Source: a virus. From it: a stretch of 64,000 bases of DNA. The notes below the pieces were generated by a model. It saw nothing but the letters and a program-made list of their open reading frames with translations, ran no database searches and had not been told where the DNA came from. Position numbers and translations under genes: made by a program. Of the stretch, positions 40,047-50,175 are shown piece after piece; within the stretch, counting starts at the first letter, position 1; the number at the start of each line of letters is the position of its first letter. The DNA lies in IMG/VR virus record IMGVR_UViG_3300021371_000007, positions 17,947 to 81,946 of that record; one strand, 5' to 3'.

Positions 40047-41422
40047 TAACCTAAATCCCTGCCCTGCTCTTTACTATCATCGCCATACTTATTTAGTATC
40101 CTACCGCCAATAGCCTTAGACTTATTAGAGTCTATTCTTAGACAATCCCAATCCATATGTACGTTAAACTTTATAGCTTTACCATTTCTAATCTTAGCTA
40201 CTTCAAAAGGTAAGGCAGTAGGATCTTCTGATAAATCACTAGGCATAAACCTAAAACTTTTATCAGCACTATCAAGAACACCTTTAGCAAATCTAGCTTC
40301 TCCTGACGCATCAATTTGATAGGGAGAGATCATAATAACTTTATACTTTCTTGCAAGAGTTTTTAGAGAATCAGATATATTAATTTGACTCTTCCAATCC
40401 ATACGGTCTTCTACTTTTACAATGTTTAAATAATCAATAACACACATTTTAATATTATGTTTAGTAGTCATCATATTTAGATAGTGATCTATTCTAGCGA
40501 GACTTAATTGTACATCATCAATAATATGAAAACGATTATCTTTAAAAGGAACTATCCCTCTTTTAAGCTCTTGATCAAAATTATTAAAACTACCAGAAGT
40601 CAACAGATTACTGTATACAGAATCAGATGCTTCACCCGGTTTATAAAAAGTATTCAATTTACTTTTAGCTATAGAAAACTTCTGATCTTTAGTTAAATTA
40701 TTAAGCATAAAATCACTAAAAGGCACACCACTAATCATACTCATGAGACGATAGTACACTTCTACATAGCGCATTTCAATACTCATGAACATTACAGAGT
40801 TATTAAGCAAGAAGTTATTTAAAGCCATATTCAAAGTGATAATAGACTTGCCTGATCCTCTTCTGCCTCCAAAAAGCACTAGCTCTTCTAAGCCAAAACC
40901 TCCATTTGCAGAATCAAAGTCAGTGCTTAGACCACTAGGAAACATAACAAAGTTATCTTCTTTAGGTACTGTTTCAATAGTTGCTACATCAAACAGTTCT
41001 TCTCCTTCTGGAATAAACTTTTGTACAGATAATACATGTTCTTGAATTTTATCTATAATCTCAGTCTGTTCTAAATTCTCTAAGTCGTCTATAAATTTAT
41101 CAATAAAACTAATAGTTTCTTCTCTTATATAATAATCTTGTAATTGAGAAGAAATAAAATTAGAATCAATAGAAGTTTCACCTTCTAAAGTAATATCTAT
41201 TAATTCTGAGCGCAAGTAAGCTTTAGAGCTTTCTTGTTTTTGTATTTCATAGAACTCCTGCATAGAAGGAATTCTTAAGTTTTTAGTATAGAAATTGTTA
41301 ATTTTTCTAAACAGCACAAGATTATTACCTGTGAAATATTTATTCACAAGTTTATTGAAAAAATCAGGGCTCTGAGTTGTTAATAGCCTTTTTAAGGCCA
41401 ACTTTTGTAAATCTACTGACAT
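40046..41422 (-). CDS. Replicative DnaB-like helicase (T5 D6-like)
   Basis: GGRRGSGKS, SIEM, IDYLN, PYQID..GEARFAKG.LD.AD. Confidence 0.9.
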   Translation of the reverse strand: MSVDLQKLALKRLLTTQSPDFFNKLVNKYFTGNNLVLFRKINNFYTKNLRIPSMQEFYEIQKQESSKAYLRSELIDITLEGETSIDSNFISSQLQDYYIREETISFIDKFIDDLENLEQTEIIDKIQEHVLSVQKFIPEGEELFDVATIETVPKEDNFVMFPSGLSTDFDSANGGFGLEELVLFGGRRGSGKSIITLNMALNNFLLNNSVMFMSIEMRYVEVYYRLMSMISGVPFSDFMLNNLTKDQKFSIAKSKLNTFYKPGEASDSVYSNLLTSGSFNNFDQELKRGIVPFKDNRFHIIDDVQLSLARIDHYLNMMTTKHNIKMCVIDYLNIVKVEDRMDWKSQINISDSLKTLARKYKVIMISPYQIDASGEARFAKGVLDSADKSFRFMPSDLSEDPTALPFEVAKIRNGKAIKFNVHMDWDCLRIDSNKSKAIGGRILNKYGDDSKEQGRDLG

Positions 41423-42178
41423 CTATTTTTTAATTACCGGAAATAATTCATGACGAGGAACAAACATTCTTTGGTGAGAATAATCACCTTCTATCCATAA
41501 AAGATAGCTTTCTCTTCCATAGTCTTCAATATGTTTTAATACAGCCTTAATATGATTTTTTAAAGAAGGAAGTTTCCACGTTACTCCATCTTCTAAAATC
41601 CAATAAATATTAAAGTGTACATCTTCTATAGGCTCTTTATGTTTTTTATAGTCAAAAGGGATAAGCTCTACATATTTTTGTATTCCTTGCTGTAAGTACT
41701 CTATATAATCTTCATCCATAGTTTTTTCTATAACAGCGAAACAATTAGTAGGACCATGAAATACTTTATCACCCTTAGAAAATCTAATATCTAAGTCTTG
41801 AACAACGTGATCTGTTTGAGCGGGAGCACTCTTTTTTCTAGAACGAATAGGCACTCCTAGTTCTAGTAAAAAAGATTTTACTTTTTGAGAAGATATATAG
41901 TTTCTCTTTGCTATACCACTTACACTATCTCCATCTTGATAGTCTTTAGCCATAGCCGTTTTTTCTGCGTTAGTAAACTCTTTAGTTTTAGCAGCTTTTT
42001 TAAGTCTAAGAGTTCTCTCTTCTTTTTCTAAAAAGTCATTAATAATATTATCTAATCTTTTAGTATTATATGCGATACCTAAATGTTCACAAATAGCCTT
42101 CTTAGTTTTTTTACTTTTAATCATCCAAAGAGCTTGACGTATTTTTGCTTCTGGAATTTCTACATTTTTAATAACCAT
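41423..42178 (-). CDS. T5 D2-like protein
   Basis: EIPE...TKKAICEHLGI...YQDGDSVSGIAKRNY matches the recalled D2 pattern. Confidence 0.75.
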   Translation of the reverse strand: MVIKNVEIPEAKIRQALWMIKSKKTKKAICEHLGIAYNTKRLDNIINDFLEKEERTLRLKKAAKTKEFTNAEKTAMAKDYQDGDSVSGIAKRNYISSQKVKSFLLELGVPIRSRKKSAPAQTDHVVQDLDIRFSKGDKVFHGPTNCFAVIEKTMDEDYIEYLQQGIQKYVELIPFDYKKHKEPIEDVHFNIYWILEDGVTWKLPSLKNHIKAVLKHIEDYGRESYLLWIEGDYSHQRMFVPRHELFPVIKK

Positions 42179-42204
42179 TTAAGCCTCCATATTAACTTAA
42201 TACC

Positions 42205-42234
42205 AGTATATAGTATAGAAGGTCTAAGTGTCAA
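42205..42234 (-). promoter_or_regulatory. Sigma70-type promoter
   Basis: TTGACA-N18-TATACT, followed by a GGAGG RBS. Confidence 0.55.
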
Positions 42235-42242
42235 TATATAAT

Positions 42243-42563
42243 TTAATTAATCTGATACTTATACTCTGCCATCATAAAATATAAGTCATTACTTAACTCT
42301 CTAACTAGTCCTGTTTTTGTGTATACACAGGTAAAAGAGTCGGCTATTTCTTCGTCTTGTCTAAATACATACTCTAAAGCAAAACTAGCATTATATGCTT
42401 TTATTAATCCTTCAAACTCTTCTGCAGACTCTACGTCTGGATAAAATCTCTTTATTAAATTGGTAAAGTACATTATTTTATCTTCTCCAGACATATTTAA
42501 AATATCTTGAAGTACCTTATCAGGTAAATTATGTAAAAATAAAGAACTGTCACTATTACTCAT
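42243..42563 (-). CDS. Hypothetical protein
   Basis: GGGG RBS before MSNSDSS; acidic 106 aa. Confidence 0.55.
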   Translation of the reverse strand: MSNSDSSLFLHNLPDKVLQDILNMSGEDKIMYFTNLIKRFYPDVESAEEFEGLIKAYNASFALEYVFRQDEEIADSFTCVYTKTGLVRELSNDLYFMMAEYKYQIN

Positions 42564-42576
42564 TTGATTACCCCAT

Positions 42577-42607
42577 AAAAAAGGGCACGACAATTGCTTG
42601 CCGTGCC
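42577..42607 (-). terminator. Terminator after D5
   Basis: Minus strand GGCACGGCAA-GCAA-TTGTCGTGCC-CTTTTTT. Confidence 0.8.
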
Positions 42608-42633
42608 AGTTATTGCAGTTAATATTATAATTC

Positions 42634-43329
42634 TTAGGCTTCTAAAGCTTTTGGAGTATAATCTGTTGCAGAAATTCCGCGACGAGTTAACACAGTTTTA
42701 ACACCGCGCTCACTTTTGCCAAATTGATCTGCTAACTCTGCAACACTCATACTGGTTGCCATATCTTCAATTCCTTCATAGGAATCGCTCTTAGCTGCTT
42801 TTTTATCACGCTGAGGTGCTTTAAGCTGCATAGAAAGAAGTTTTCCGCGAACGGAGTTTACAGATTTGCCAAGGGCTTCTGCAATATCTTCTAAGAAAGC
42901 GCCCGAACCCGCCATATCAGAAATCTGAGCTTCTTCCGCCTCTGAATAGGTGCGTGGAGCTACTTTTTTCTCAGCCGGTTTAATATGAGCTGTCATTTCT
43001 AATGAAAGAGCCTTACCGTTAACTTGACGAGAAGTTACGTCACGACCCCACTCAGCACTAAAGTGAGTTGCAATTTCTTCCGCAGTGTGTACACCGCTAT
43101 TGCTTTCTAGAAATGATGTTAAAGCGGCTGTTTCGTCTGCATCAAATGCAGGAGCTGCTTTAGGTTTTGTTGGAACGTCGTAACCAAGTTTACGAAGTTT
43201 CGCAGTTACAGAGCGACGTGGAAAGTCAAACTCATCGCAAAGAGCGATAATAGTATCTTCCGTAATGCCGCCTGCACATACTTGCTCCATACGAGCAACC
43301 ATGTCTTCAGTATATTCAAATTTTGCCAT
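42634..43329 (-). CDS. T5 D5-like DNA-binding protein
   Basis: RSVTAKLRKLGY, GKALSLEMT, GKSERGVKTVLTRRG repeated HTH units; higher-GC codon usage suggests high expression. Confidence 0.88.
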   Translation of the reverse strand: MAKFEYTEDMVARMEQVCAGGITEDTIIALCDEFDFPRRSVTAKLRKLGYDVPTKPKAAPAFDADETAALTSFLESNSGVHTAEEIATHFSAEWGRDVTSRQVNGKALSLEMTAHIKPAEKKVAPRTYSEAEEAQISDMAGSGAFLEDIAEALGKSVNSVRGKLLSMQLKAPQRDKKAAKSDSYEGIEDMATSMSVAELADQFGKSERGVKTVLTRRGISATDYTPKALEA

Positions 43330-43399
43330 TTTTATTCCCCTCTGGTTTCAAATGTTTTGTGTTATTAATAAATGTGAAACTTTTTGTTTCGATAAGATG

Positions 43400-43428
43400 A
43401 TATTATCAAATATCAGTATACTTAGCAA
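43400..43428 (-). promoter_or_regulatory. Sigma70-type promoter
   Basis: TTGCTA-N17-TGA-extended TAATAT upstream of D5. Confidence 0.5.
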
Positions 43429-43503
43429 GAAAAATATGAAAGTGTTTTTGTTTTTTGGTTGTTATTTTATAAATTGCTAAATTCATATATTTGTAATTTT
43501 ATC

Positions 43504-43818
43504 TTATATTACTATCTTACCTTTTAAAGCATCAACAAGCAACTCTAAATTTGCTTTTTTTGTCAGGTTTAGACCTTCTATTTCAATTTCTAACATTTCT
43601 TCTATGTCTCTAATCATAGTTTTGACACTACGCTTATCTTCTTTTTCTTCTTCTGGTTTTCTATATATCTTCATTTGGACTAGTTTACTTATTACACTTC
43701 TGTGTCCTTTTTTAAAGTGATCTGCTACGTCATATACGTCTAGCCCTTCATCTACATATAATCTTGTTAGAATCTCTTCTTCTTCATCACTCCAGGCTTT
43801 ATTAGATTTAGTTGCCAT
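43504..43818 (-). CDS. T5 D3-like protein
   Basis: AWSDEEE...RSVISKL...IY.K pattern; synteny. Confidence 0.65.
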   Translation of the reverse strand: MATKSNKAWSDEEEEILTRLYVDEGLDVYDVADHFKKGHRSVISKLVQMKIYRKPEEEKEDKRSVKTMIRDIEEMLEIEIEGLNLTKKANLELLVDALKGKIVI

Positions 43819-44102
43819 TAAGATTCTCCTTCATCTTCAAATAATTCTAATTGTTTACTTTTAATTTTACTTAAATAAGTCTTGGTAAGTATATCTCCCG
43901 CCTTATCTAAAAGGTGAGCAGCCATATCTACAAACTCTGGTCTTAGCGCTAGTCCTTTTTTAGTAGGAAACCAGTTACCTGTATCTCCATCTTTCATATA
44001 CTCTCTTATATGAATGTACTCTTGCCCTCTAAACTCGTTTATAGTTATTTTTATAGCTTTATCTTCTGTTATATATCCTACAAAACCTAAATCAATTTCC
44101 AT
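43818..44102 (-). CDS. PC4-like ssDNA-binding protein
   Basis: INEFRGQEYIHIREY...WFPTKKGLAL. Confidence 0.85.
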   Translation of the reverse strand: MEIDLGFVGYITEDKAIKITINEFRGQEYIHIREYMKDGDTGNWFPTKKGLALRPEFVDMAAHLLDKAGDILTKTYLSKIKSKQLELFEDEGES

Positions 44103-45225
44103 GAACTCTTTTTATCCTTGGATAATCATGTATCTTTTTAAGAGCATGATTATACATAATCCCTGCTTCTTCCCAGTTTTTTATCTTACTACTTTTAGGA
44201 ATAGCACGTTTCTTGCTATCGTATAACATTTTCATTTTGGATATCAAGTCTTGAACTTCTGGTTCTAATAACCAAGTATGAGAACCCATTAAGTTAAAGC
44301 TATCTCCTGGTTTACCTGCAAAAATGTTATTAATGTCTACGATTTTTTGAGAAGACTTTATTTTATAGTCTGTAACAAATTCATCGGTACAGCCTCCTCC
44401 AGTAACTAAAGGAATAGTCCCACAAGCTATTGCTTCTTGAACAGGCATTCCAAAACCCTCACCCCTATAAGGATGAACTAACACGTCAACACTTCTATAT
44501 AGATCTGCCATATCTTTTTCGGAATAGGAATCGTCTATATAAGTTATTTTAGCTAAGTTATTAGTATACTGTAATTTAATTAATTGTTCTTGTAATGATG
44601 TTTTTCCATAAACTTGAGGAGTATCTTTTACTATAAGTTCTACATTATCTTCTTTTTTAAATGTATTAGCCCATGCTTGTAGTAGTATATCAAAACCTTT
44701 TCTATACTGGTCGCATCCTACAAATAGAAAAGTGTACTTACTTCTCTTAGAAGTGTCTCTGTCTACATAAAATATATTTGGATCATACCCTATTGGAATA
44801 CAAAAAAGCCTTTCTGGGTTAATACCCCCTTCTTGGTACACTGCACCTGTCCAACGAGTAAAAGTAATAAGAGCATCAGCAAAAGTTTCAAATTTATACT
44901 GCCACTCAAAGGGTACTTTTGTAAATTCCCAAGGTTGTATGTATACTACTTTTGTATCATTAGAATGAGGCCATCTCCATATAGGAGGATAACTATGTCT
45001 TATTTGTATGTCAGGAACTACAGCAGTTTCTTCTTTAGGAAGTAAATTTTGTAAGCTTTGTAAGGTTTCTTGACTAATCTTAGCCTCTGAAGAAAAACTA
45101 TCTATAGGAGAAATAACTACATTATTATACTTAGATAATTCAATAGCTAAGTACCTATTTACAATAGACAAAGAGTGGTTATCATAAAATTTACCTATAA
45201 TTTCTAAATTAATATTATTTTGCAT
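44092..45225 (-). CDS. GT4-family glycosyltransferase
   Basis: FLFVG...RKGFDIL, HPYRGEGFGMPVQEAIACG. Confidence 0.88.
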   Translation of the reverse strand: MQNNINLEIIGKFYDNHSLSIVNRYLAIELSKYNNVVISPIDSFSSEAKISQETLQSLQNLLPKEETAVVPDIQIRHSYPPIWRWPHSNDTKVVYIQPWEFTKVPFEWQYKFETFADALITFTRWTGAVYQEGGINPERLFCIPIGYDPNIFYVDRDTSKRSKYTFLFVGCDQYRKGFDILLQAWANTFKKEDNVELIVKDTPQVYGKTSLQEQLIKLQYTNNLAKITYIDDSYSEKDMADLYRSVDVLVHPYRGEGFGMPVQEAIACGTIPLVTGGGCTDEFVTDYKIKSSQKIVDINNIFAGKPGDSFNLMGSHTWLLEPEVQDLISKMKMLYDSKKRAIPKSSKIKNWEEAGIMYNHALKKIHDYPRIKRVHGN

Positions 45226-46042
45226 ACATAATCACCGCTTGCTCTTTACAATATTCTAATAAATCTTTTTCTTTAATTTTTAATAAAGATTCCCATTGAG
45301 GGCCCATATTACTAGTTTTAAAGTTTTTTAATTGTGTGTAGTTGTTAATATCTACTTTAGCTTGTATATCATAAAACGGGTCTTGCTTACTTTCAATACT
45401 GTGTCCAAAGTTATTAATTTTTAAATCTAACTCGTCTTCTGGTCTGCAGAAACTCCAATGCAATATTGCCAAAGGAGATTGAATTCTTTTTTGATTATTA
45501 GTCCATCTACAATAATTAAAGGTATTATGTTTTAAAGTAGTAAAACCTTGAACTTCATTATTAGGAATACTTTTTCTATCTTCTTTAGATATCACTAGTA
45601 TTTCACCGTCTCCAACTCTTTTATAAGGTAAAACCCAATAAAACATTAAATCTACATCATAATTCTCTACTATAGGACAAAACTTATTAAAAAAGTCATC
45701 TGCATTTATTAGTATTTCATCAGCATCAAAAGAAAAAATCCAGTCATTAGAGCATTGCTCTTTTAAAAAGTTTCTTTCATAGTTATCATTTTCAATAGGC
45801 ACAGCACTCCTATGAAAATTTCCTTCTACTACTTCTATCTTATTGTCACCATCAATATTACTTAGCTCTTTCCACAATTTATCTTCGTCAAAAGAAAACT
45901 TATTACGGCTCCAAGATATTCTATCTCTGTCTAAGCCTAATACTATTTCATCTACATAATTGTAATAACTTTTTATAGAATTTACTAAATAACTAGCATC
46001 ATAAGATATTAGACTAATTACACTTTTTTTACGCATTTTCAA
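45215..46042 (-). CDS. GT-A (GT2-like) glycosyltransferase
   Basis: VDEIV, ERN, DWIFSFDADE, LHWSF. Confidence 0.7.
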   Translation of the reverse strand: MKMRKKSVISLISYDASYLVNSIKSYYNYVDEIVLGLDRDRISWSRNKFSFDEDKLWKELSNIDGDNKIEVVEGNFHRSAVPIENDNYERNFLKEQCSNDWIFSFDADEILINADDFFNKFCPIVENYDVDLMFYWVLPYKRVGDGEILVISKEDRKSIPNNEVQGFTTLKHNTFNYCRWTNNQKRIQSPLAILHWSFCRPEDELDLKINNFGHSIESKQDPFYDIQAKVDINNYTQLKNFKTSNMGPQWESLLKIKEKDLLEYCKEQAVIMYAK

Positions 46043-46799
46043 CTACTCTATCTACTGTTTCAAATTCTTTTTTACCTATCCACTTATCCATAAATATAGA
46101 TCTATTTATAGACCATTTTTCTTGTAGATTTGGATTTTGAGCTAATAATCTTTTGTTATCTTTTCCTTCAAAATGAAGTAACGGTATACCCGTTTGATAA
46201 ATTTTATGACCAGCGCGGCGGGCAGAAAGACACCAATCCACATCACGATAGTAAGTCCAATAGAACTCAGGATCAAAATTACCAACGGAAGCCCTAACAG
46301 AAGCTTTGAGGTAAACTCCGCCCATTGTAACCCAGGCAACTTCTCTGACTTTGTCGTATTGGCCCTCATCGACTTCCAATTCTTGATTTGCTTTTCCATC
46401 ATAGAGGTTAAGTCCTCCTCCGAAATGTACTGCTTCACCATTTTTACTAAATCTCCCGCCAGCGTGCTGAATTATATATTTATCTTCCTCTGTTTTTTGA
46501 GGATATAAAAGTTTCATTCCAAATATATCAGCTTCTGGATATTTAACTACAGTATTTATTAATTCTGTATACCATTTATTTTCTGTGTCCTCTTGTAGAG
46601 GCAACATATCTGCATGTAATATAATTACATCTCTATCTTTATGTTTATTCCATAAATATTGATAAGCCATATCACTGCCTATCTGACCTGTATCTTGCCA
46701 AAACTCATATTCAAGCTTCCATCCAAGGGCGGCTTTTAGTTGTTGTATCTCTTGTTCAAATAAATAAGGAACTATAATAATAGGATTAGGAGTTGTCAT
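46029..46799 (-). CDS. GT2-family glycosyltransferase
   Basis: ILHADM, KLLYP...IQHAGG, WVTMGG, FDPEF...DVDWCL, LLHFEG. Confidence 0.8.
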   Translation of the reverse strand: MTTPNPIIIVPYLFEQEIQQLKAALGWKLEYEFWQDTGQIGSDMAYQYLWNKHKDRDVIILHADMLPLQEDTENKWYTELINTVVKYPEADIFGMKLLYPQKTEEDKYIIQHAGGRFSKNGEAVHFGGGLNLYDGKANQELEVDEGQYDKVREVAWVTMGGVYLKASVRASVGNFDPEFYWTYYRDVDWCLSARRAGHKIYQTGIPLLHFEGKDNKRLLAQNPNLQEKWSINRSIFMDKWIGKKEFETVDRVVENA

Positions 46800-47775
46800 T
46801 GTAAATATCTAACCAATTTTTAAATTCTTCTAATACGCTTTCAGCATTATGAGTTTTAGTACATGCAAAACTAGTACTAGTATGAGGACAATGTCTTGGC
46901 CAAAAAGTAAAATTAGCTGTAGGATTACCGGGTTCTATATTAGTATCTGCATCTTTACTTAATTTAGGAACTATGCACTTAAAATCCCCACAATGATTAT
47001 CAGTAGATGGTTTTATAGTTTTGTGATACCCGTCAGAGTAAAACTCAGGACTATCATATTCTATAGGAAAAACACTAGGAATACTAATAGTATTTACGTT
47101 CATAGCTGCCGAAGCATGAACTAAAGATCCTAAAGGAGATATAAATAAGTCTTGTCGCTTTAATATCTGTAAAGACTGATATAAATTAAAATTTCCACAC
47201 TCTATACCTAAAAAAGATAATTCATGTTCTATATTTTTATTATTTAGTATCTCTCTTATACCCTGTATTATATCTAATCTCATTGTTTCTGACTGTAATT
47301 TTCTGTTCCAATCTAGAGGGCCTGACATTCCTATTCTTAATATTTTATCATCGGGCTTAACAGAGTCTATGTTTAGTATAGTATTACCATCTAAAAACTG
47401 ATCTTCAGTAATATATTCTTTTATAGGTAAATTAGCACTTTTAGAAATTCCTAAATCTGAGAACCAACGCCAGTGTAAAAACATTTTATCTACTTTTTTA
47501 AACTGCTCTTCACTCTTATTTAGATTTACGTTTTTTACTTGACCCCTATTATCAAACTCTATCAGTCCTATAGAATCTAACCAAGGCTGTTTACTAATAA
47601 CTTCTAAAACTTCTGATATTCCGCTAGGTTGTTCATGAGTAGTAAGCATAAAATTACTTCTTAAACAATAACTTACTAAATGATCAGGGTTATTTTCTTT
47701 ATATCGTCTAGCCGCATTTATGCCTAGAATTACGTCTCCAAATGCTTGTGTATTTGCAAATAGTACATGAGTCAT
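46786..47775 (-). CDS. GT9 (heptosyltransferase)-like glycosyltransferase
   Basis: FGDVIL...RRYKE.NP, DLFISPLGSLVHASAAM, Cys-containing tail. Confidence 0.6.
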   Translation of the reverse strand: MTHVLFANTQAFGDVILGINAARRYKENNPDHLVSYCLRSNFMLTTHEQPSGISEVLEVISKQPWLDSIGLIEFDNRGQVKNVNLNKSEEQFKKVDKMFLHWRWFSDLGISKSANLPIKEYITEDQFLDGNTILNIDSVKPDDKILRIGMSGPLDWNRKLQSETMRLDIIQGIREILNNKNIEHELSFLGIECGNFNLYQSLQILKRQDLFISPLGSLVHASAAMNVNTISIPSVFPIEYDSPEFYSDGYHKTIKPSTDNHCGDFKCIVPKLSKDADTNIEPGNPTANFTFWPRHCPHTSTSFACTKTHNAESVLEEFKNWLDIYNDNS

Positions 47776-48803
47776 TTATTAAATAGCCTATCTGTCCATG
47801 TTTTAGGTGTTTTATCATTTATTATTTCTAAATCTATATGATAATCAAAATCTCTAGTAGTTTGGTCTCTCATCCACACTACAGTATCTCTTATAGTTTC
47901 TTCAATATCTGTGTCGGCTTTATAGTTTAGTATATCCTCTGCCTTATCAGTAGATACCCAAGCATTTTTTACTTCTCTAGGTCTTTCAGGGACAAAGTTT
48001 ATTTCTGCAGTTTTGTTAAAATATTTAGCCACTTTATTTGCTAGAGTGGCTATAGAAGTCTCAGTCCCATGACTTGGACCTATATTAAATACTTCTTTGC
48101 TTTCTATTATATCTCTTTTATTATAAACTGTTACAAAAGCTTCTACACAATCTTTTACATGAGAAAAAGATCTTTTTTGAGTGCCATCACCATAAATATA
48201 CACAGGTTTATCTTTAGATATTAGATTTGCAAAAATACTCATAACATTCCTAAAAGGATCACTATAACACTGATGGGGGCCACATACATTATGAGGAACC
48301 ATGTGAAATACTTTTATACCATGAATATCACTCATTAAGTTTAAGTGTTGCTCTGCGTGTAACTTAGCTAACCCATAAGGATCTACGGGATTAGGAATGT
48401 CATTTTCTTGAAAAGGAGGATTTCCTTCTCCATATCTTGCCATAGAAGTAGTATTTATAAATATAGGTACATTATTACTTACAGAAGCACTACATACAGA
48501 AGCTGTTCCTGCATATATATTCTCAACTATTTTTTTAGGAGAAAAAACACTCAAGCCTTCGTGTGCTAAAGCAGCACAGTGTATTACAAGCACGGGAGAA
48601 TAAATACTCATTACATTAGATAACTCTTTAGTATCTAATATATCTTGTTCATAATAAAAAAAGTTTTTATTATCAGGCATATTAGTTATATAACCGCCTA
48701 TTAAACAATCTATACCTATTACTCTATATCCCAACTCTAAATACTTATAACATAGATGACTACCTATTAAGCCTGCAGATCCTGTAATTACCACTGATTC
48801 CAT
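47772..48803 (-). CDS. NAD-dependent nucleotide-sugar epimerase/dehydratase
   Basis: TGSAGLIG, HCAA, YGLAK, GDGTQKRSFSHV. Confidence 0.92.
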   Translation of the reverse strand: MESVVITGSAGLIGSHLCYKYLELGYRVIGIDCLIGGYITNMPDNKNFFYYEQDILDTKELSNVMSIYSPVLVIHCAALAHEGLSVFSPKKIVENIYAGTASVCSASVSNNVPIFINTTSMARYGEGNPPFQENDIPNPVDPYGLAKLHAEQHLNLMSDIHGIKVFHMVPHNVCGPHQCYSDPFRNVMSIFANLISKDKPVYIYGDGTQKRSFSHVKDCVEAFVTVYNKRDIIESKEVFNIGPSHGTETSIATLANKVAKYFNKTAEINFVPERPREVKNAWVSTDKAEDILNYKADTDIEETIRDTVVWMRDQTTRDFDYHIDLEIINDKTPKTWTDRLFNK

Positions 48804-49561
48804 ACGTCATTCCAATCTACTAAGGGGGTTACACAATTATCTTGTAGGTGAGTAGCAGTACCAGGTAAAGGACAAACAGCTACATTTTGTCTAAAAGCTT
48901 TCCAAGTCCAAGAATCGTCTGAAAACAGACCTGCTTGTAATATAGAAAACTTAAACGGTAAGAATGTTTTTCCTTTTGCAGCTAAAGTTAATGTTGCGCT
49001 GCTAACTGTTTTTAAGTGACAATCAGGGCCTACTAATACTTCTACCATTCTATCTTTATCAAAATATCTATCTGGGTAATCATAAGGCAAATAAAAACCT
49101 TCATACCCTGCTTTAAAAACATTTTTCATAGTTTTTATGGCAGTTTTAGTATGAAGGTAGTCGTCTTCGCATAAATATATTAGCTCTTCAGTATTTGCTT
49201 CTGCTATTTCTATTAAGTTTTCCATTAAAGGAATACAAGTATTTACTGTAACAGGATGATACTGAGGGTAAGGATGCTCTCCAAAAGGAGGCACTTCAGT
49301 TCTGTTTGGTATATCTTTTATTTCTAATTTAGTAGGTATAGAACACGTTTCTCGCATCCAAGATTTAGTTTCTTCAGTAACTGTATCTGCTAATACTATA
49401 ATTTTATCATCCCAGCCTTCTAAATCTTGCTGTAAAGAAAGCCAACATTTTCTAAAGATCTCGTCTTTCTTTTTTCCATTCCATCTGGGCTTATCTTGTG
49501 AGCCGTCTGATGTACTTCCTGGAGACTTATTAGCTTCTGAAGCTCTATATACTATTATCAT
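48788..49561 (-). CDS. GT-A fold glycosyltransferase-like protein
   Basis: IYLCEDDYLH, YDYPDRY, PLPG.ATH. Confidence 0.6.
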   Translation of the reverse strand: MIIVYRASEANKSPGSTSDGSQDKPRWNGKKKDEIFRKCWLSLQQDLEGWDDKIIVLADTVTEETKSWMRETCSIPTKLEIKDIPNRTEVPPFGEHPYPQYHPVTVNTCIPLMENLIEIAEANTEELIYLCEDDYLHTKTAIKTMKNVFKAGYEGFYLPYDYPDRYFDKDRMVEVLVGPDCHLKTVSSATLTLAAKGKTFLPFKFSILQAGLFSDDSWTWKAFRQNVAVCPLPGTATHLQDNCVTPLVDWNDVWNQW

Positions 49562-50154
49562 TTTGTTACTTTTTTTCTTGAGAAATTTCTATACTCATCA
49601 ATAATACTTATAAGATAAGGATCTAAAGGTTCTATACCTTCTCTTACAAATTTTTCTATCTCATCTTTTTGTGTATTATTAAAGTTATTTTTATAAATAG
49701 AAGAACGATATACTCCTCTTGTTTTAGAAGGATTACCAAACACTTTAGAAAAAGGTTTTACGTCTTTTATTATAGGAGAAAATGTTCCTATAAAAGAATG
49801 ACTACCTACTGTAGAATAATTTTGTATATGAGCATTATACTCTATATAAACATTATTTTGAATAACACTATGAAAACCTAAGTAACAACAACCTGTTATA
49901 GTATTATTATTGCCTATCAAAGTATCACTATTAATAGTAGTACTTGGGCCTATATAATTGCCACTTCCTATAACAGTACTTTCTCTATAACCAGTTGCGC
50001 AGTTAATAACACATGCTGAAAGTATAGTATTGTTTTTACCTAGTGATATTCCATATTTATCATCTTTTACTAAAAACACAACTGAAGGGTCAATAGTATT
50101 AGAAGAATCTATAGAAAATTCTATAATAGCTTTGGAGGCAGAGTATACTTTCAT
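49558..50154 (-). CDS. Left-handed beta-helix protein, LpxA-like
   Basis: Hexapeptide repeats plus KDVKPF..V.GNP...RG and a helical C-domain as in LpxA. Confidence 0.7.
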   Translation of the reverse strand: MKVYSASKAIIEFSIDSSNTIDPSVVFLVKDDKYGISLGKNNTILSACVINCATGYRESTVIGSGNYIGPSTTINSDTLIGNNNTITGCCYLGFHSVIQNNVYIEYNAHIQNYSTVGSHSFIGTFSPIIKDVKPFSKVFGNPSKTRGVYRSSIYKNNFNNTQKDEIEKFVREGIEPLDPYLISIIDEYRNFSRKKVTK

Positions 50155-50175
50155 AGTGTTATTCAAAATAATGAG

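Noticed and set aside
27228-41422. Inteins, introns or homing endonucleases in nrdA, polA or the helicases
   Set aside because: Normal protein lengths, contiguous motifs, and no splice-junction signatures.
46142-46508. Alternative-frame ORFs inside the GT2 gene
   Set aside because: A locally higher-GC patch lowers stop frequency; no start signals or motifs.
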